A stretch of 64,000 nucleotides of DNA. It comes from Acidobacteriota bacterium. Its GTDB lineage: Bacteria > Acidobacteriota > Thermoanaerobaculia > Multivoradales > Multivoraceae. The first letter of the stretch is position 1. Every line of letters begins with the position of its first letter. Both the position numbers and the translations under genes were made by a program. Shown piece by piece: positions 41,384 to 52,104 of this stretch. The stretch lies in NCBI GenBank assembly GCA_003388555.1, contig QQVD01000018.1:1274-65273 (forward strand), read 5' to 3'. The notes beneath the pieces are model-generated. The model searched no databases. It saw nothing but the letters and a program-made list of their open reading frames with translations, and had not been told where the DNA came from.

Positions 41384-42304
41384 TTGAGCCAGATGAACGA
41401 GTCCGCGCCGGGTCAGTCGGCGCTCGTACGCACCCAGCTCGACGACGTCGGCGCTGTCAAACGCGGCAAGGTGCGCGACCTCTACGATCTCGGCGACCGT
41501 CTGCTGGTCGTCGCCACCGACCGCCTGTCGGCCTACGACCACGTGCTCAGCCCCGGCATCCCGGACAAAGGCAAGGTGCTCAACCAGCTGACCAACTTCT
41601 GGTTCTCGAGCACCAGGGAGATCGTGCCCAACCACCTGCTGGCAACGCGTGTCGAGGAGTTCCCGGAGGCGCTGCAGCCCTACGCCGAGCAGCTCGCTGG
41701 ACGCTCGGTGATCGCGGCCAAGGCCGAGGTCGTCCCCTTCGAGTGCGTCGCTCGCGGCTACCTTGCCGGCAGCGCCTTCCGCGAGTACAGCCGGACCGGT
41801 TCGGCCTGCGGCTACTCACTGCCGGAAGGCCTGGTGCGCGCCAGCCGCCTCGACGAGCCGCTGTTCACGCCGGCGACCAAGGCTGAGAGCGGCCACGACG
41901 AGAACATCAGCTACGCGGAGCTGGTCGACCGCGCCGGCAGCGAGCTCGCCGAGCGCCTGCGTGACGTCACCCTGGAGCTCTACCAGCACGGCCGAGACTT
42001 GGCCGCCGAGCGCGGCCTGATCCTCGCCGACACCAAGTTCGAGTTCGGCTGGATCGACGGCGAGCTCACCCTCATCGACGAGGTGCTGACGCCCGACTCC
42101 TCGCGCTACTGGGAGGTCGACGCGTGGAGCCCCGGGACCGAGCCGGTGTCTTTCGACAAGCAGTTCGTGCGCAACTGGCTCGACGAGAGCGGCTGGGATC
42201 ACGACAGCCCGCCACCGGACCTGCCGGGGCACGTCGTCGCCGGCACGCGGGACCGCTACTTGACGGCGTTCCGACGCATCACCGGGAGCGATCCGGAGCT
42301 GTGA
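41384..42304 (+). CDS. purC: SAICAR synthase
   Basis: [54 protein letters not shown]. Confidence 0.97.
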   Translation: MSQMNESAPGQSALVRTQLDDVGAVKRGKVRDLYDLGDRLLVVATDRLSAYDHVLSPGIPDKGKVLNQLTNFWFSSTREIVPNHLLATRVEEFPEALQPYAEQLAGRSVIAAKAEVVPFECVARGYLAGSAFREYSRTGSACGYSLPEGLVRASRLDEPLFTPATKAESGHDENISYAELVDRAGSELAERLRDVTLELYQHGRDLAAERGLILADTKFEFGWIDGELTLIDEVLTPDSSRYWEVDAWSPGTEPVSFDKQFVRNWLDESGWDHDSPPPDLPGHVVAGTRDRYLTAFRRITGSDPEL

Positions 42305-43646
42305 CCGATGGGAGGCGGGAAGAAGTGTAGGACCGCGGCAGCCGCTGGGCGAAGCGGCAGGTCACCTCGTAGGAGATCGTGCCGCTCCAGCGCGCCCACT
42401 CGCCTGCGCTGACGGCGGCGCTCGGCGCAGAGGACGGTGCCGGGCTTTCCGGAGTCGTGGCGCCGAGCAGCACCACCGTGTCGCCGACGTGGTGGGAGGC
42501 GCCCTCGTCGTCCAGCCGGCCGAGGTCGACGCAACACAGGTCCATGCTGACGGTGCCGGCGAGGGCGCGGCGCCTGCCGCCCACCAGCACCTCGGCGCCC
42601 CGCGCCGCGCGCGGCACGCCATCGGCGTAGCCGATCGGCAGCAGGCCGATCAGTCTGTCCTCTGCGGCCCGGTAGGTGCTGTTGTATCCAACGCCCTCGC
42701 CACGCCGCACCGGCCTCAGCGCCGCCAACCGGGTGGTCACCCGCATCGCCGGACGTGGCCACTCCGGCTCCCCGTCGCGACCGGCGGAGCCTGCTCCAGC
42801 GTCGCGCCGCAGGTCGAGGCCGTAGAGACCGCCGCCGAGCCGGAACGAGAGTCGTTCCGGTGGCAGCCCGAGGTTGCCGGCACAGCCTTCGCCGGGGCCG
42901 GCGCCGTCGCGCGGCAGGCCGCAGGTGTTGTCGAGGTGCACCACGCCGCTCGCCAGCCACGGGTGCGCCGCCACGACCTCGGCGAACCGTCGCCGCTGCT
43001 GCGCCGTCACGTCGCTCCCCGCGACCTCGGACTCGCTGAAGTGGCCGAACACCCCACGCAGCTGCAGTCCGGGGCTCGACTGGAGGATGTCGCCGGCGCG
43101 AGACAGCAGCGCCGGATCGAATCCGCTGCGCCGCATCCCGATGTCGAGCTCCAGATGCAGCGGCACCGGCCGATCCATCGCGGCGACTTCGGCCCAGGCC
43201 GCGAGATCGTCCAGCCCACCGACCGTCGGCACCCACCCCAGCCGCGCCCGCGAACGCGCCAGCTCGCGCCGTCGCTCCTCACCGAGCAGGGCCGGGAAGA
43301 CCCCGAGAACCAGCAGCTCGACGCGGCCGGCGTCGCGCGCCAGCTCGGGCAGCCGCGAGAGCAGGCGCTCGGCCTCTTCCGGGCGCGCCACGCAGAAGCC
43401 GCGGCACACCTCGGGAGCCAGGCGCAGCAGACGGCGGACGACCGCCTCGGCACCGTGGCCGTAGGCGTCCGCCTTGACCACCGCGTAGCCGCCGTGACCG
43501 GCGGCTCGCGCCGCGTGCGACAGGTTCTCCACGACCGCGTCGAGGTCGACCTCGACGCGCGACGGCGACGGTGGATCGGCGGACGACGCGCCCTCAGACG
43601 AGCACGTCGGGGTCGTGGTCGTCGTAGTCGGGTGGGGGCTGGGCAT
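42279..43646 (-). CDS. alr: Alanine racemase
   Basis: AVVKADAYGHG, HLELDIGMRRSG, VGYNSTY, IGYADG, VSMD, ISYEVTC. Start uncertain (overlaps dnaB). Confidence 0.92.
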   Translation of the reverse strand: MPSPHPTTTTTTPTCSSEGASSADPPSPSRVEVDLDAVVENLSHAARAAGHGGYAVVKADAYGHGAEAVVRRLLRLAPEVCRGFCVARPEEAERLLSRLPELARDAGRVELLVLGVFPALLGEERRRELARSRARLGWVPTVGGLDDLAAWAEVAAMDRPVPLHLELDIGMRRSGFDPALLSRAGDILQSSPGLQLRGVFGHFSESEVAGSDVTAQQRRRFAEVVAAHPWLASGVVHLDNTCGLPRDGAGPGEGCAGNLGLPPERLSFRLGGGLYGLDLRRDAGAGSAGRDGEPEWPRPAMRVTTRLAALRPVRRGEGVGYNSTYRAAEDRLIGLLPIGYADGVPRAARGAEVLVGGRRRALAGTVSMDLCCVDLGRLDDEGASHHVGDTVVLLGATTPESPAPSSAPSAAVSAGEWARWSGTISYEVTCRFAQRLPRSYTSSRLPSVTAPDRSR

Positions 43647-44973
43647 AGCGCTCGAGGTTGCGGAAGGTGGTGGTATCGCCGAGGAAGGCGAGCTCGACCG
43701 TGCCGGTCTCACCGTGACGGTTCTTCGAGATGATCACCTCGGCCAGGCCTCGATTGTCGTCGTCGGGGTTGTAGACCTCGTCGCGATAGACGAAGGCGAC
43801 GACGTCGGCGTCCTGCTCGATCGATCCCGACTCACGCAGGTCGGCGAGCTGCGGGCGATGATCGCTGCCGCGGCGCTCCGGGTTGCGCGACAGTTGCGAC
43901 AGTGCCATCACCGGGATCTCGAGCTCCTTGGCGAGCTGCTTGAGGCCGCGGCTGATGGCCCCGATCTCGAGGTTGCGGTTCTCGTAGGCGCCGCCCGAGC
44001 TCATCAGCTGCAGATAGTCGATGATCAGCAGGTCCAGGCGCCGGTCGCTGCGCAGCCGCCTCGCCTTCGAGCCGATCTCGAGCAGGGTCGGGTTGCCGGA
44101 GTCGTCGATGTAGAGCGGCGCGTCGCCGATCTTGCGCCGCGTCTGATGCAGCAGACGCCAGTCCTGCTCGCTCAACTGGCCCTGGCGGATGCGCGAGAAC
44201 TCGATGTCGCTCTCCGAGGCGAGGATGCGCATCGCCAGCTCCTGCTCGCTCATCTCGAGCGAGAACACCCCGACGCCGCACTGCTCGCGGATCGCCACGT
44301 GCTGGGCGATGTTGATCGCCAGGCTGGTCTTGCCCATGCCGGGACGCCCGGCGACGATCACCAGGTTGCCGGGGTTGAGCCCGTGCAGGCTGCGGTCGAG
44401 GTCGGGGAAGCCCGTGCGCAGGCCCGGGAAGTCCTTCTCGCCGCGGCGCTCGATCTCGAGCACGGTCTCGTTGATCACCGACTGCAGCAGCGTGAAGCCC
44501 TTGGCGATCGCCTCCTCGCCGAGGCCGAGGATGCGCTGCTCGGCGAGGCCGAGAGCCTCCTGGGCACTGAGGCCGCCGTCGAAGCTGGAGCGGAAGACCT
44601 CGCTGCAGGCGTCGATCAGGCTGCGACGCAGGGAGCGCTCCTTGATGATCTCGACGTAGGAGTCGACCCGGCTCAGATCGGGTAGATCGACGTCGAGGGT
44701 GGCGAGGTAGGCGAGCCCGCCGGCGCGCTCGAGGTTCTCGCGCTGCTCGAGACGGGCCTGCACGGTGCGCAGGTCGATCTCCTCTGCCTCCGCCTGCAGC
44801 TCGATCATCGTGCGGTAGAGCAGCTGGTGACGCTCGGCGTAGAAGTCCTCCTCCACCAGGCGAGCGGCGGCCGCCGGCAGATGGCGCTCGGCATCGAGCA
44901 GGATCGCAGCCAGCACGGCGCGCTCCGACTCCTCGCTGTGCGGCAGCGTCTTCCTGTTCTCCAGCGTCAGCAC
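43594..44973 (-). CDS. dnaB: Replicative DNA helicase
   Basis: PHSEESERAVL, AGRPGMGKTS, FSLEM, IDYLQL, LSQLSR, DLRESGSIEQDAD, KNRHG. Confidence 0.97.
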   Translation of the reverse strand: MLTLENRKTLPHSEESERAVLAAILLDAERHLPAAAARLVEEDFYAERHQLLYRTMIELQAEAEEIDLRTVQARLEQRENLERAGGLAYLATLDVDLPDLSRVDSYVEIIKERSLRRSLIDACSEVFRSSFDGGLSAQEALGLAEQRILGLGEEAIAKGFTLLQSVINETVLEIERRGEKDFPGLRTGFPDLDRSLHGLNPGNLVIVAGRPGMGKTSLAINIAQHVAIREQCGVGVFSLEMSEQELAMRILASESDIEFSRIRQGQLSEQDWRLLHQTRRKIGDAPLYIDDSGNPTLLEIGSKARRLRSDRRLDLLIIDYLQLMSSGGAYENRNLEIGAISRGLKQLAKELEIPVMALSQLSRNPERRGSDHRPQLADLRESGSIEQDADVVAFVYRDEVYNPDDDNRGLAEVIISKNRHGETGTVELAFLGDTTTFRNLERYAQPPPDYDDHDPDVLV

Positions 44974-45081
44974 GGCGCTCAACTCTAAAGGACGATGCGC
45001 CCCGAATCGACGCCGGCAACGCCAAGGATCCGGCGCTGGCGGAGCGCCGGTCGCCGTGAGGCGATCCGATAGAGTGGCCGA

Positions 45082-46248
45082 GTGATGCGACCGTCCCGCC
45101 AACGCCCCCTGACGGTGCTCCTAGACGCCACCGAGAAGTGCAATCTGAAGTGCACGATGTGCTACTTCTCCGCCACCGACCGGCTGCGCTGGGAGCCCTT
45201 CGACCGCGAGCTCTCGCCCGACGGCATGATGCCGCTCGAGGTCTTCGAGAAGATCGCGGCGGACTTGTTCCCGCGCGCCTGGCGGGTCGCCCTGGCCTGC
45301 GCCGCGGAGCCGCTGATCCACCCGAGGTTCATCGAGATGGTCGGGATAGCGGGGCGCTACCGCGTCCCCGATCTCTGGTTCCCGACCAACCTCCTGGCAC
45401 TGACCGAGAAGAAGGCGCAGGCGATCGTCGACGCCGAGGTCACCACGGTCGGTGTGTCGATCGACGGCACCCGGCAGGAGACCTACGAGGCGATCCGGAT
45501 CGGCGGCAAGTGGGCCAGGCTGATGAAGGTCCTCGACCTGTTCAACCAGACACGCGAGGAGCGCAGGGCGAAGACCGGCCTGCGGATCATCTTCACCTGG
45601 ATGAAGACCAACCGGGGCGATCTGCTCCAGCTGCCGGAGTTCGCCGAGAGGCACGGCGCCAACGAGATCGACGTGCGCTTCGTGGTCCCCACCGCGGGCG
45701 TCGACGTGAGCGACGAAGTGCTCGACGGAGAGGACCCCTCGCGGCTGCGTGACGAGCTCGGCACCGCGGCGGAGGACGCCGTGCGCCGCGGCCTGCGCCT
45801 CTCCTCCTACCCCGAGTACGACAGCGCCGAGGAGATGTCCGGCCCGCTCGCCAGGCTGCGCCGCCAGTGGTTCCGCCGCCGCGCCGGGCTCGATCGCTGG
45901 GAGTACACCCACTACCGCATGCGCGAACGGCTCAAGGGCTGCGTGTGGCCCGGGGATTTCTATGTCGTGCGCCCGAACGGCGCCGTCTCGCCCTGCATCT
46001 TCTGGAACCAGGAACCGATCGGCTACTACCCCGACGACAGCTTCGCCGAGCTGAGCCAGGGGCCCCGGCTCACCGCGATCCTCGACGGCCTGCGCAGCGG
46101 CCGTCCGGTGGGCACCTGCCAGTCGTGCTCGCAGCGCAAGAACGCCCTCTACGTGCGCCTCAAGCGGCTGGTCGGTCGCGGCGACAGCGGCGACCTCGCC
46201 GAAGCCCGCGGTAGCGGTTCGGGGTCTTCCGACCTCGTGCAGCTGTGA
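45082..46248 (+). CDS. Radical SAM protein with SPASM/twitch-like C-terminus
   Basis: CNLKCTMC, AEPLIHP, SIDG, and C-terminal CVWP...NGAVSPC...CQSC. Confidence 0.9.
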   Translation: MMRPSRQRPLTVLLDATEKCNLKCTMCYFSATDRLRWEPFDRELSPDGMMPLEVFEKIAADLFPRAWRVALACAAEPLIHPRFIEMVGIAGRYRVPDLWFPTNLLALTEKKAQAIVDAEVTTVGVSIDGTRQETYEAIRIGGKWARLMKVLDLFNQTREERRAKTGLRIIFTWMKTNRGDLLQLPEFAERHGANEIDVRFVVPTAGVDVSDEVLDGEDPSRLRDELGTAAEDAVRRGLRLSSYPEYDSAEEMSGPLARLRRQWFRRRAGLDRWEYTHYRMRERLKGCVWPGDFYVVRPNGAVSPCIFWNQEPIGYYPDDSFAELSQGPRLTAILDGLRSGRPVGTCQSCSQRKNALYVRLKRLVGRGDSGDLAEARGSGSGSSDLVQL

Positions 46249-46258
46249 GACGCCGCAG

Positions 46259-48268
46259 ATGGCCGGGCCGCGGGCCGGGAGCCGTCCCGGAAGCCTGATC
46301 CGGGCCCTCCTCGCTCTCGCCCTCGTCTGGTCCTGCCTCGTCGCCGCCGCCAACCTGCAGCGGGCGTGGCGCGGTCGGCCGCAGGATCCAGGCCTGGCTC
46401 CCAGCCTGTGGCTGCTGGGCGGGCCTCAGTCCGAGGCCCTGCGGGCCGAGCTCGCGGCGGTCGCGGCCCGCGCTCCACGTGGCGCGACGCTGGCGCTGAC
46501 CTCGTTCCACGTGCCGTCGCACGAGCTGCACTTCGTGCACCTGTGGACGGCCTTCCTGCTCCCCCACCACCGGGTGGTGCGCGACGATGCTTCCGCCGGC
46601 GCCGACTACCTGCTGGCGTGGCCGGCGCTGGAGCCCGGGCTCGACGCCGGACCCACCACCGTCGCCGGCGGCGCCGGGGTGGAGCTGGCCGGAGCCGTGC
46701 ATCGCAGTCCGGCGCTGTCGCTGCACCGGCTCGCCTCCTCCGCCCCGCCTCCCGCGGACGGCGCCGACGAAGGGCCGGCGATCTCTCGCGCCGCTCGCGC
46801 CGACGCTCCCAGACTCGATCCGGTGCATCGCCGGCTCGACGCCGGGCGCTGGCTCTCCTGGGCCCTGTTCGTGCTGGCCACCACCATGACCGGCGCCGCC
46901 GCCGTGCACCTGCCGCGACGGCTCGCGCGGCGACGCGGCGACGCGCCAGCCGACGAGCCCGCGACGGGCGAGCCCGCCGTCTGGGGCCTGTGGCTGTTCT
47001 CCGGAATCGTCACCCTGTTCGTCCTGCTGGCCTGGAGCGACCTGATCGGCCTGCGATGGAGCCCTGCCGCGCTCCAGGCCGCCCTCGCGGTGGGCGCAGC
47101 GCTGGGCGTCGTCGCCCTCGTCCGGTCGCGGCGAGGCCCCGGACCCGGCCGCGGCCCGAGGGCGTCGGGCATCGCCGGCGGCGAGCTCGGCATCGCGCAT
47201 CTCGCCGCGACGCTCGGCGCCCTCGCCTTCGCCGCGCTCACCTGGCGGCTCGACGCGACCCTCTCCGACTTCGTCTACCACTGGGGGCTCAAGGCCAAGC
47301 GACTGGCGCTCACCGGCGGCGTCGACTTCGGCTTCCTCGCCGATCCGGCGGCCCAGTACGTCCACCCCGACTACCCCAACCTGCTGCCGGCGCTGTGGGC
47401 CGCGGAGGCGATCGCCACGGGCTCGCTGCACGAGCGCATGGCCTTGCTCTGGTCGCCCGTGGCGCTCGCCGCCCTCCTGGCGGTGGCGGTACGCGCGTCG
47501 ATCGGTGGCCGTGGCGAGTGGCCGGGGCGGTCGTCGAGGCAGCTCGGCGCCGCCTTGACGGTGACGACGAGCGCCGGCTTCGCCTGCGGCTACTACCAGG
47601 CCGGCTCGCCGGATCTGTTCCTGGCCGCCGGCGTGCTGCTGATCGCCTGCGCCCTCTGTTCACCGTGGTCCGGGCAACCGACCCCTGGCGGCGACGGTCT
47701 CGCCGCCAACGGCACCCTCTTCGCACTCGGCGCCGGCCTCGCTGCCGGCGCCAAGATCGAGGGCGTCGTCTTCGTGATCCTGGCGAGTGCGGTCCTGGCC
47801 ATCGACGGCGCTCGATGCGTGCTGCGCGGACGCGCGGTGACGGCGGTCGCCGGCTCGGCGCTGCCGGTGCTGACTCCGGCACTCCTGGTGGCCTTGCCCT
47901 GGCTGTTGGGCGTGCTCCGCCACGACCTGTTCCAGCCCGGCAACACCGCCGGCCTGGATCCCACCCGTCTCCCGGTGGTGCTCGCCGCCACCTGGCGGGC
48001 AGCCTGGATCCCGGCCTGGGCGGGCCTGCCACTGCTCGCCGTCGCCGGTCTGGCGGTGGCGTTGTCGCGGCGCTCGACGCGGCCCGTCGCGGCCCTGCTC
48101 CTGGCTCAGCTCGGCTTCTACCTCTACGCCTACCTGGCGACGCCGTTCGACGTCGAGGCGCTGGTCGCCACGAGCTTCCCGCGCCTCCTCTACCACCTCG
48201 TGCCGGCGGCGCTGGTCGTCACCACGATCGCGCTCGTGCCAGACTCGGAGCCCGATCCTGGCCGGTGA
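46259..48268 (+). CDS. Polytopic membrane protein, GT-C glycosyltransferase-like
   Basis: More than 10 TMs; DFVYHWGLKAK, HPDYPNLLP and KIEG motifs typical of uncharacterised GT-C-like proteins. Confidence 0.6.
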   Translation: MAGPRAGSRPGSLIRALLALALVWSCLVAAANLQRAWRGRPQDPGLAPSLWLLGGPQSEALRAELAAVAARAPRGATLALTSFHVPSHELHFVHLWTAFLLPHHRVVRDDASAGADYLLAWPALEPGLDAGPTTVAGGAGVELAGAVHRSPALSLHRLASSAPPPADGADEGPAISRAARADAPRLDPVHRRLDAGRWLSWALFVLATTMTGAAAVHLPRRLARRRGDAPADEPATGEPAVWGLWLFSGIVTLFVLLAWSDLIGLRWSPAALQAALAVGAALGVVALVRSRRGPGPGRGPRASGIAGGELGIAHLAATLGALAFAALTWRLDATLSDFVYHWGLKAKRLALTGGVDFGFLADPAAQYVHPDYPNLLPALWAAEAIATGSLHERMALLWSPVALAALLAVAVRASIGGRGEWPGRSSRQLGAALTVTTSAGFACGYYQAGSPDLFLAAGVLLIACALCSPWSGQPTPGGDGLAANGTLFALGAGLAAGAKIEGVVFVILASAVLAIDGARCVLRGRAVTAVAGSALPVLTPALLVALPWLLGVLRHDLFQPGNTAGLDPTRLPVVLAATWRAAWIPAWAGLPLLAVAGLAVALSRRSTRPVAALLLAQLGFYLYAYLATPFDVEALVATSFPRLLYHLVPAALVVTTIALVPDSEPDPGR

Positions 48269-48299
48269 GGGAAGTCCCGCACCGCACGTAGAGTCGCCA

Positions 48300-48385
48300 G
48301 CCGGAGTGGCGGAACGGTAGACGCAGAGGACTTAAAATCCTCCGCCTTCATCGGCATGTGGGTTCGAATCCCACCTCCGGCACCA
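48300..48385 (+). tRNA. tRNA-Leu(TAA)
   Basis: Cloverleaf with anticodon loop CTTAAAA, variable arm, GTTCGAATC, CCA. Confidence 0.96.
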
Positions 48386-48449
48386 CTAAGGGAAGACGCG
48401 GCCGGACCGCCAACGGCCACCACCAGGCTGTGCCCGCACGCGGGCAACG

Positions 48450-48524
48450 TGGAGGCGACGGTCGGAATCGAACCGACGAATAAGGGCTTTGCAGGCCCCT
48501 GCCTTACCACTTGGCTACGTCGCC
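48450..48524 (-). tRNA. tRNA-Cys(GCA)
   Basis: Reverse complement GGCGACGTAGCCAAGTGGTAAGGCAGGGGCCTGCAAAGCCC...GTTCGATTCC...CTCCA. Confidence 0.96.
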
Positions 48525-48598
48525 GGGCGTTGCGCGCCGCGCCATCGGCGCCGCGAGCTTCCACCTCGTGGATCGTGCGCACGATCCGGGAGGCGAGC

Positions 48599-48673
48599 TG
48601 GAGCGGGAAACGGGATTCGAACCCGCGACCCCAACCTTGGCAAGGTTGTGCTCTACCACTGAGCTATTCCCGC
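48599..48673 (-). tRNA. tRNA-Gly(GCC)
   Basis: Reverse complement GCGGGAATAGCTCAGTGGTAGAGCACAACCTTGCCAAGGTTG...TCCA. Confidence 0.97.
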
Positions 48674-48685
48674 CCGGGAGGGCGA

Positions 48686-48715
48686 AGGATACGGGCGCGG
48701 CAGCGAGAGTGTCAA
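48686..48715 (-). promoter_or_regulatory. Sigma70 promoter of the tRNA-Gly/Cys operon (TTGACA-N18-TATCCT)
   Basis: Minus strand -35 at 48710-48715 and -10 at 48686-48691. Confidence 0.7.
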
Positions 48716-48840
48716 GGATTCGGGGGTGCGTGAGGCGTGCCCCGGCCTCGTCCAAATGGAGGTGCCGTGGCAGGCGTCGTGAGCCTCCATCGAACCTCAG
48801 CCGCGAGGCCTCCACCCGACGGCTCACGGACTGCGAGAGC

Positions 48841-49280
48841 TTACTCGAAGGCGCCCCGGATCAGCTCGACCGTCCAGCCCCGACCCCAACCGCCGCGGAA
48901 GATGCTCTCGCTGCCGGGCGGCCGCTCGCGACGCTCGACGAGGACGACGTCGAAGCGGCAGTCCGGGATCTCGAAGCCGTCGCGCTGCCACTGCTGCAGA
49001 TAAACCTCTGCGGCGCGGCGCACCCGGCGCTGCTTGGCCTCGTCCACCGCCTGTGCGGCGCTGCCGTGGGAGCTGTCGGCGCGCGACTTGATCTCGACGA
49101 AGCAGAGCACCGGATCCGCTCCACCTGCGTCCCAGGCCACGAGATCGATCTCCCCGCGCGGGTTGCGGTGGTTGCGTTCGATCACCCGGTAACCGTGCCG
49201 GCGCACCAGGTGGCGCACGGCGCGGTCCTCGGCGGCGCGGCCGCGGAAGCTGGTCGACTGCCGCCCCCGCAGGCGCCGCC

Positions 49281-49296
<16 letters not shown>
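48841..49296 (-). CDS. yraN: YraN (UPF0102) family protein
   Basis: GRAAED, GYRVIERN, GEIDLVA, FVEIKSR, RFDVV, IRGAF. Start estimated. Confidence 0.88.
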
Positions 49297-50801
<1,505 letters not shown>

Positions 50802-50959
50802 CGCGGGCTCAGGCAGCGGTGGTTGCGCGATCGGCGACGACCGACGCCTGCTTCCGCGGTCGGGCGCTCGCGGTCGAGGCGCGATCTCGTCGAACCGGTG
50901 GCCGGCTCGCGGCGCTGCCGGCTCGCCACTGCGCCATCGACTGCATCGGCCACGACCGG

Positions 50960-51553
50960 CTAGTTGACCTGCACCTGGGCGTCGATCCAGCCCAGGAAGT
51001 CCATCACCTGGCCGTTGCCGTCGACACCGTCCTGATCGACGAACTCGAGCCGGCCGGTGCCGCTGGCGGCGCTGGTGAAGCGCAGCGACAGGACCACCCC
51101 GCTGCCCGAGGTGCCGCCGACGTCGCCGAGGCGGGAGACTCCGAGCACCAGCTCGCCCTGACTCTGGAAGACCTGGAGCGAGGTGTCGACGGCGCCCGAC
51201 TGGCTGAGGAAGGTGCCTTCGCTGCCCTCCTGGAAGTTGAGCAGACCGGCCGGATACAGGAGCGTGAAGGCGAGGCCGTAGACGTTCTGCAGGTCGGTGC
51301 CGACGACCTCGAGCAACAGCTCACCCGCGGCGCCGCTGCCGGCGCGCAGCGACACCGTGCCGGCGCTCGCGGCGCTGTCGCTGGTGACCACGATGCCCGG
51401 CGGTGGAGGCGGAGGCGGCGGTGGAGGCTGGGTCGGCGAACCGCCGCCGCCGCCACCTCCGCAGGCCACCAGCGCCGCAAGCGCCAGCCCGTTCAGCAAC
51501 AAGACCGCGTACCTCGCGAGCCGCGCCGTTCGCCCTTCGGACCTCACAGTCAT
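50960..51553 (-). CDS. Lipoprotein with Gly/Pro linker and cohesin-like beta-sandwich
   Basis: LVACGGGGGGG lipobox, poly-Pro, VYGLAFTLLYP...EGTFLS...GSGVVLSLRF. ATGA-coupled to def. Confidence 0.7.
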   Translation of the reverse strand: MTVRSEGRTARLARYAVLLLNGLALAALVACGGGGGGGSPTQPPPPPPPPPPGIVVTSDSAASAGTVSLRAGSGAAGELLLEVVGTDLQNVYGLAFTLLYPAGLLNFQEGSEGTFLSQSGAVDTSLQVFQSQGELVLGVSRLGDVGGTSGSGVVLSLRFTSAASGTGRLEFVDQDGVDGNGQVMDFLGWIDAQVQVN

Positions 51554-52092
51554 CTCGCCACGGCCTCCGTCGGTGCAGTCTCCGGTGGCTCCTTGGCCAC
51601 CAGGCGCTTGAGGTGCCGACGCGCCCGCTCGCGACGCAACCCCCTCAGATGATCGACGAAAAGCACTCCGTCGAGATGGTCGATCTCGTGCTGGATCGCT
51701 CGCGCGAGCAGCCCCAAGGCCTCGAGCTCGTAGCGTTCGCCGGACACGTCGGAGGCGGTGAGGACGACGCTGGCGGGCCGGATCACCTTGTCGGTGTACT
51801 CGGGGATCGACAGGCAGCCCTCGCTGTCCGCCTCGCGCTCGTCGCCTGCCCGGAGCTCCGGGTTGATCAAGACGAGCAGCTCCTCGGGATCCTCGCCGAC
51901 GCTGAGGTCGACCACAGCGACCCGCAGCCCGACGCCGATCTGCGGCGCGGCAAGACCGATTCCCGGCGCTGCGTGCATGGTCTCCACCATGTCCCCCACG
52001 AGCTCCGTGAGCTCGTCGTCGAAGCGCGTCACCGGACGCGCAACCTCCCTCAGCACCGGGTCCGGGTAGATCCGGATCGAACGCAGACTCAT
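51550..52092 (-). CDS. def: Peptide deformylase
   Basis: GIGLAAPQIG, EGCLS, QHEIDHLDG. Confidence 0.97.
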   Translation of the reverse strand: MSLRSIRIYPDPVLREVARPVTRFDDELTELVGDMVETMHAAPGIGLAAPQIGVGLRVAVVDLSVGEDPEELLVLINPELRAGDEREADSEGCLSIPEYTDKVIRPASVVLTASDVSGERYELEALGLLARAIQHEIDHLDGVLFVDHLRGLRRERARRHLKRLVAKEPPETAPTEAVAR

Positions 52093-52104
52093 GACCGGCA
52101 GAGC

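Noticed and set aside
43594-43646. Poly-Thr N-terminus of Alr
   Set aside because: It arises from the overlap with the dnaB Asp-rich tail; the true start is uncertain.
46504-46515. GTTCCACGTG resembling canonical parS
   Set aside because: Only a half-site, inside a CDS; the second arm is missing.
34806-48385. Island bounded by two similar, directly oriented tRNA-Leu genes
   Set aside because: Both are complete tRNAs with different anticodons, the interval holds core genes (purC, alr, dnaB), and there is no integrase.
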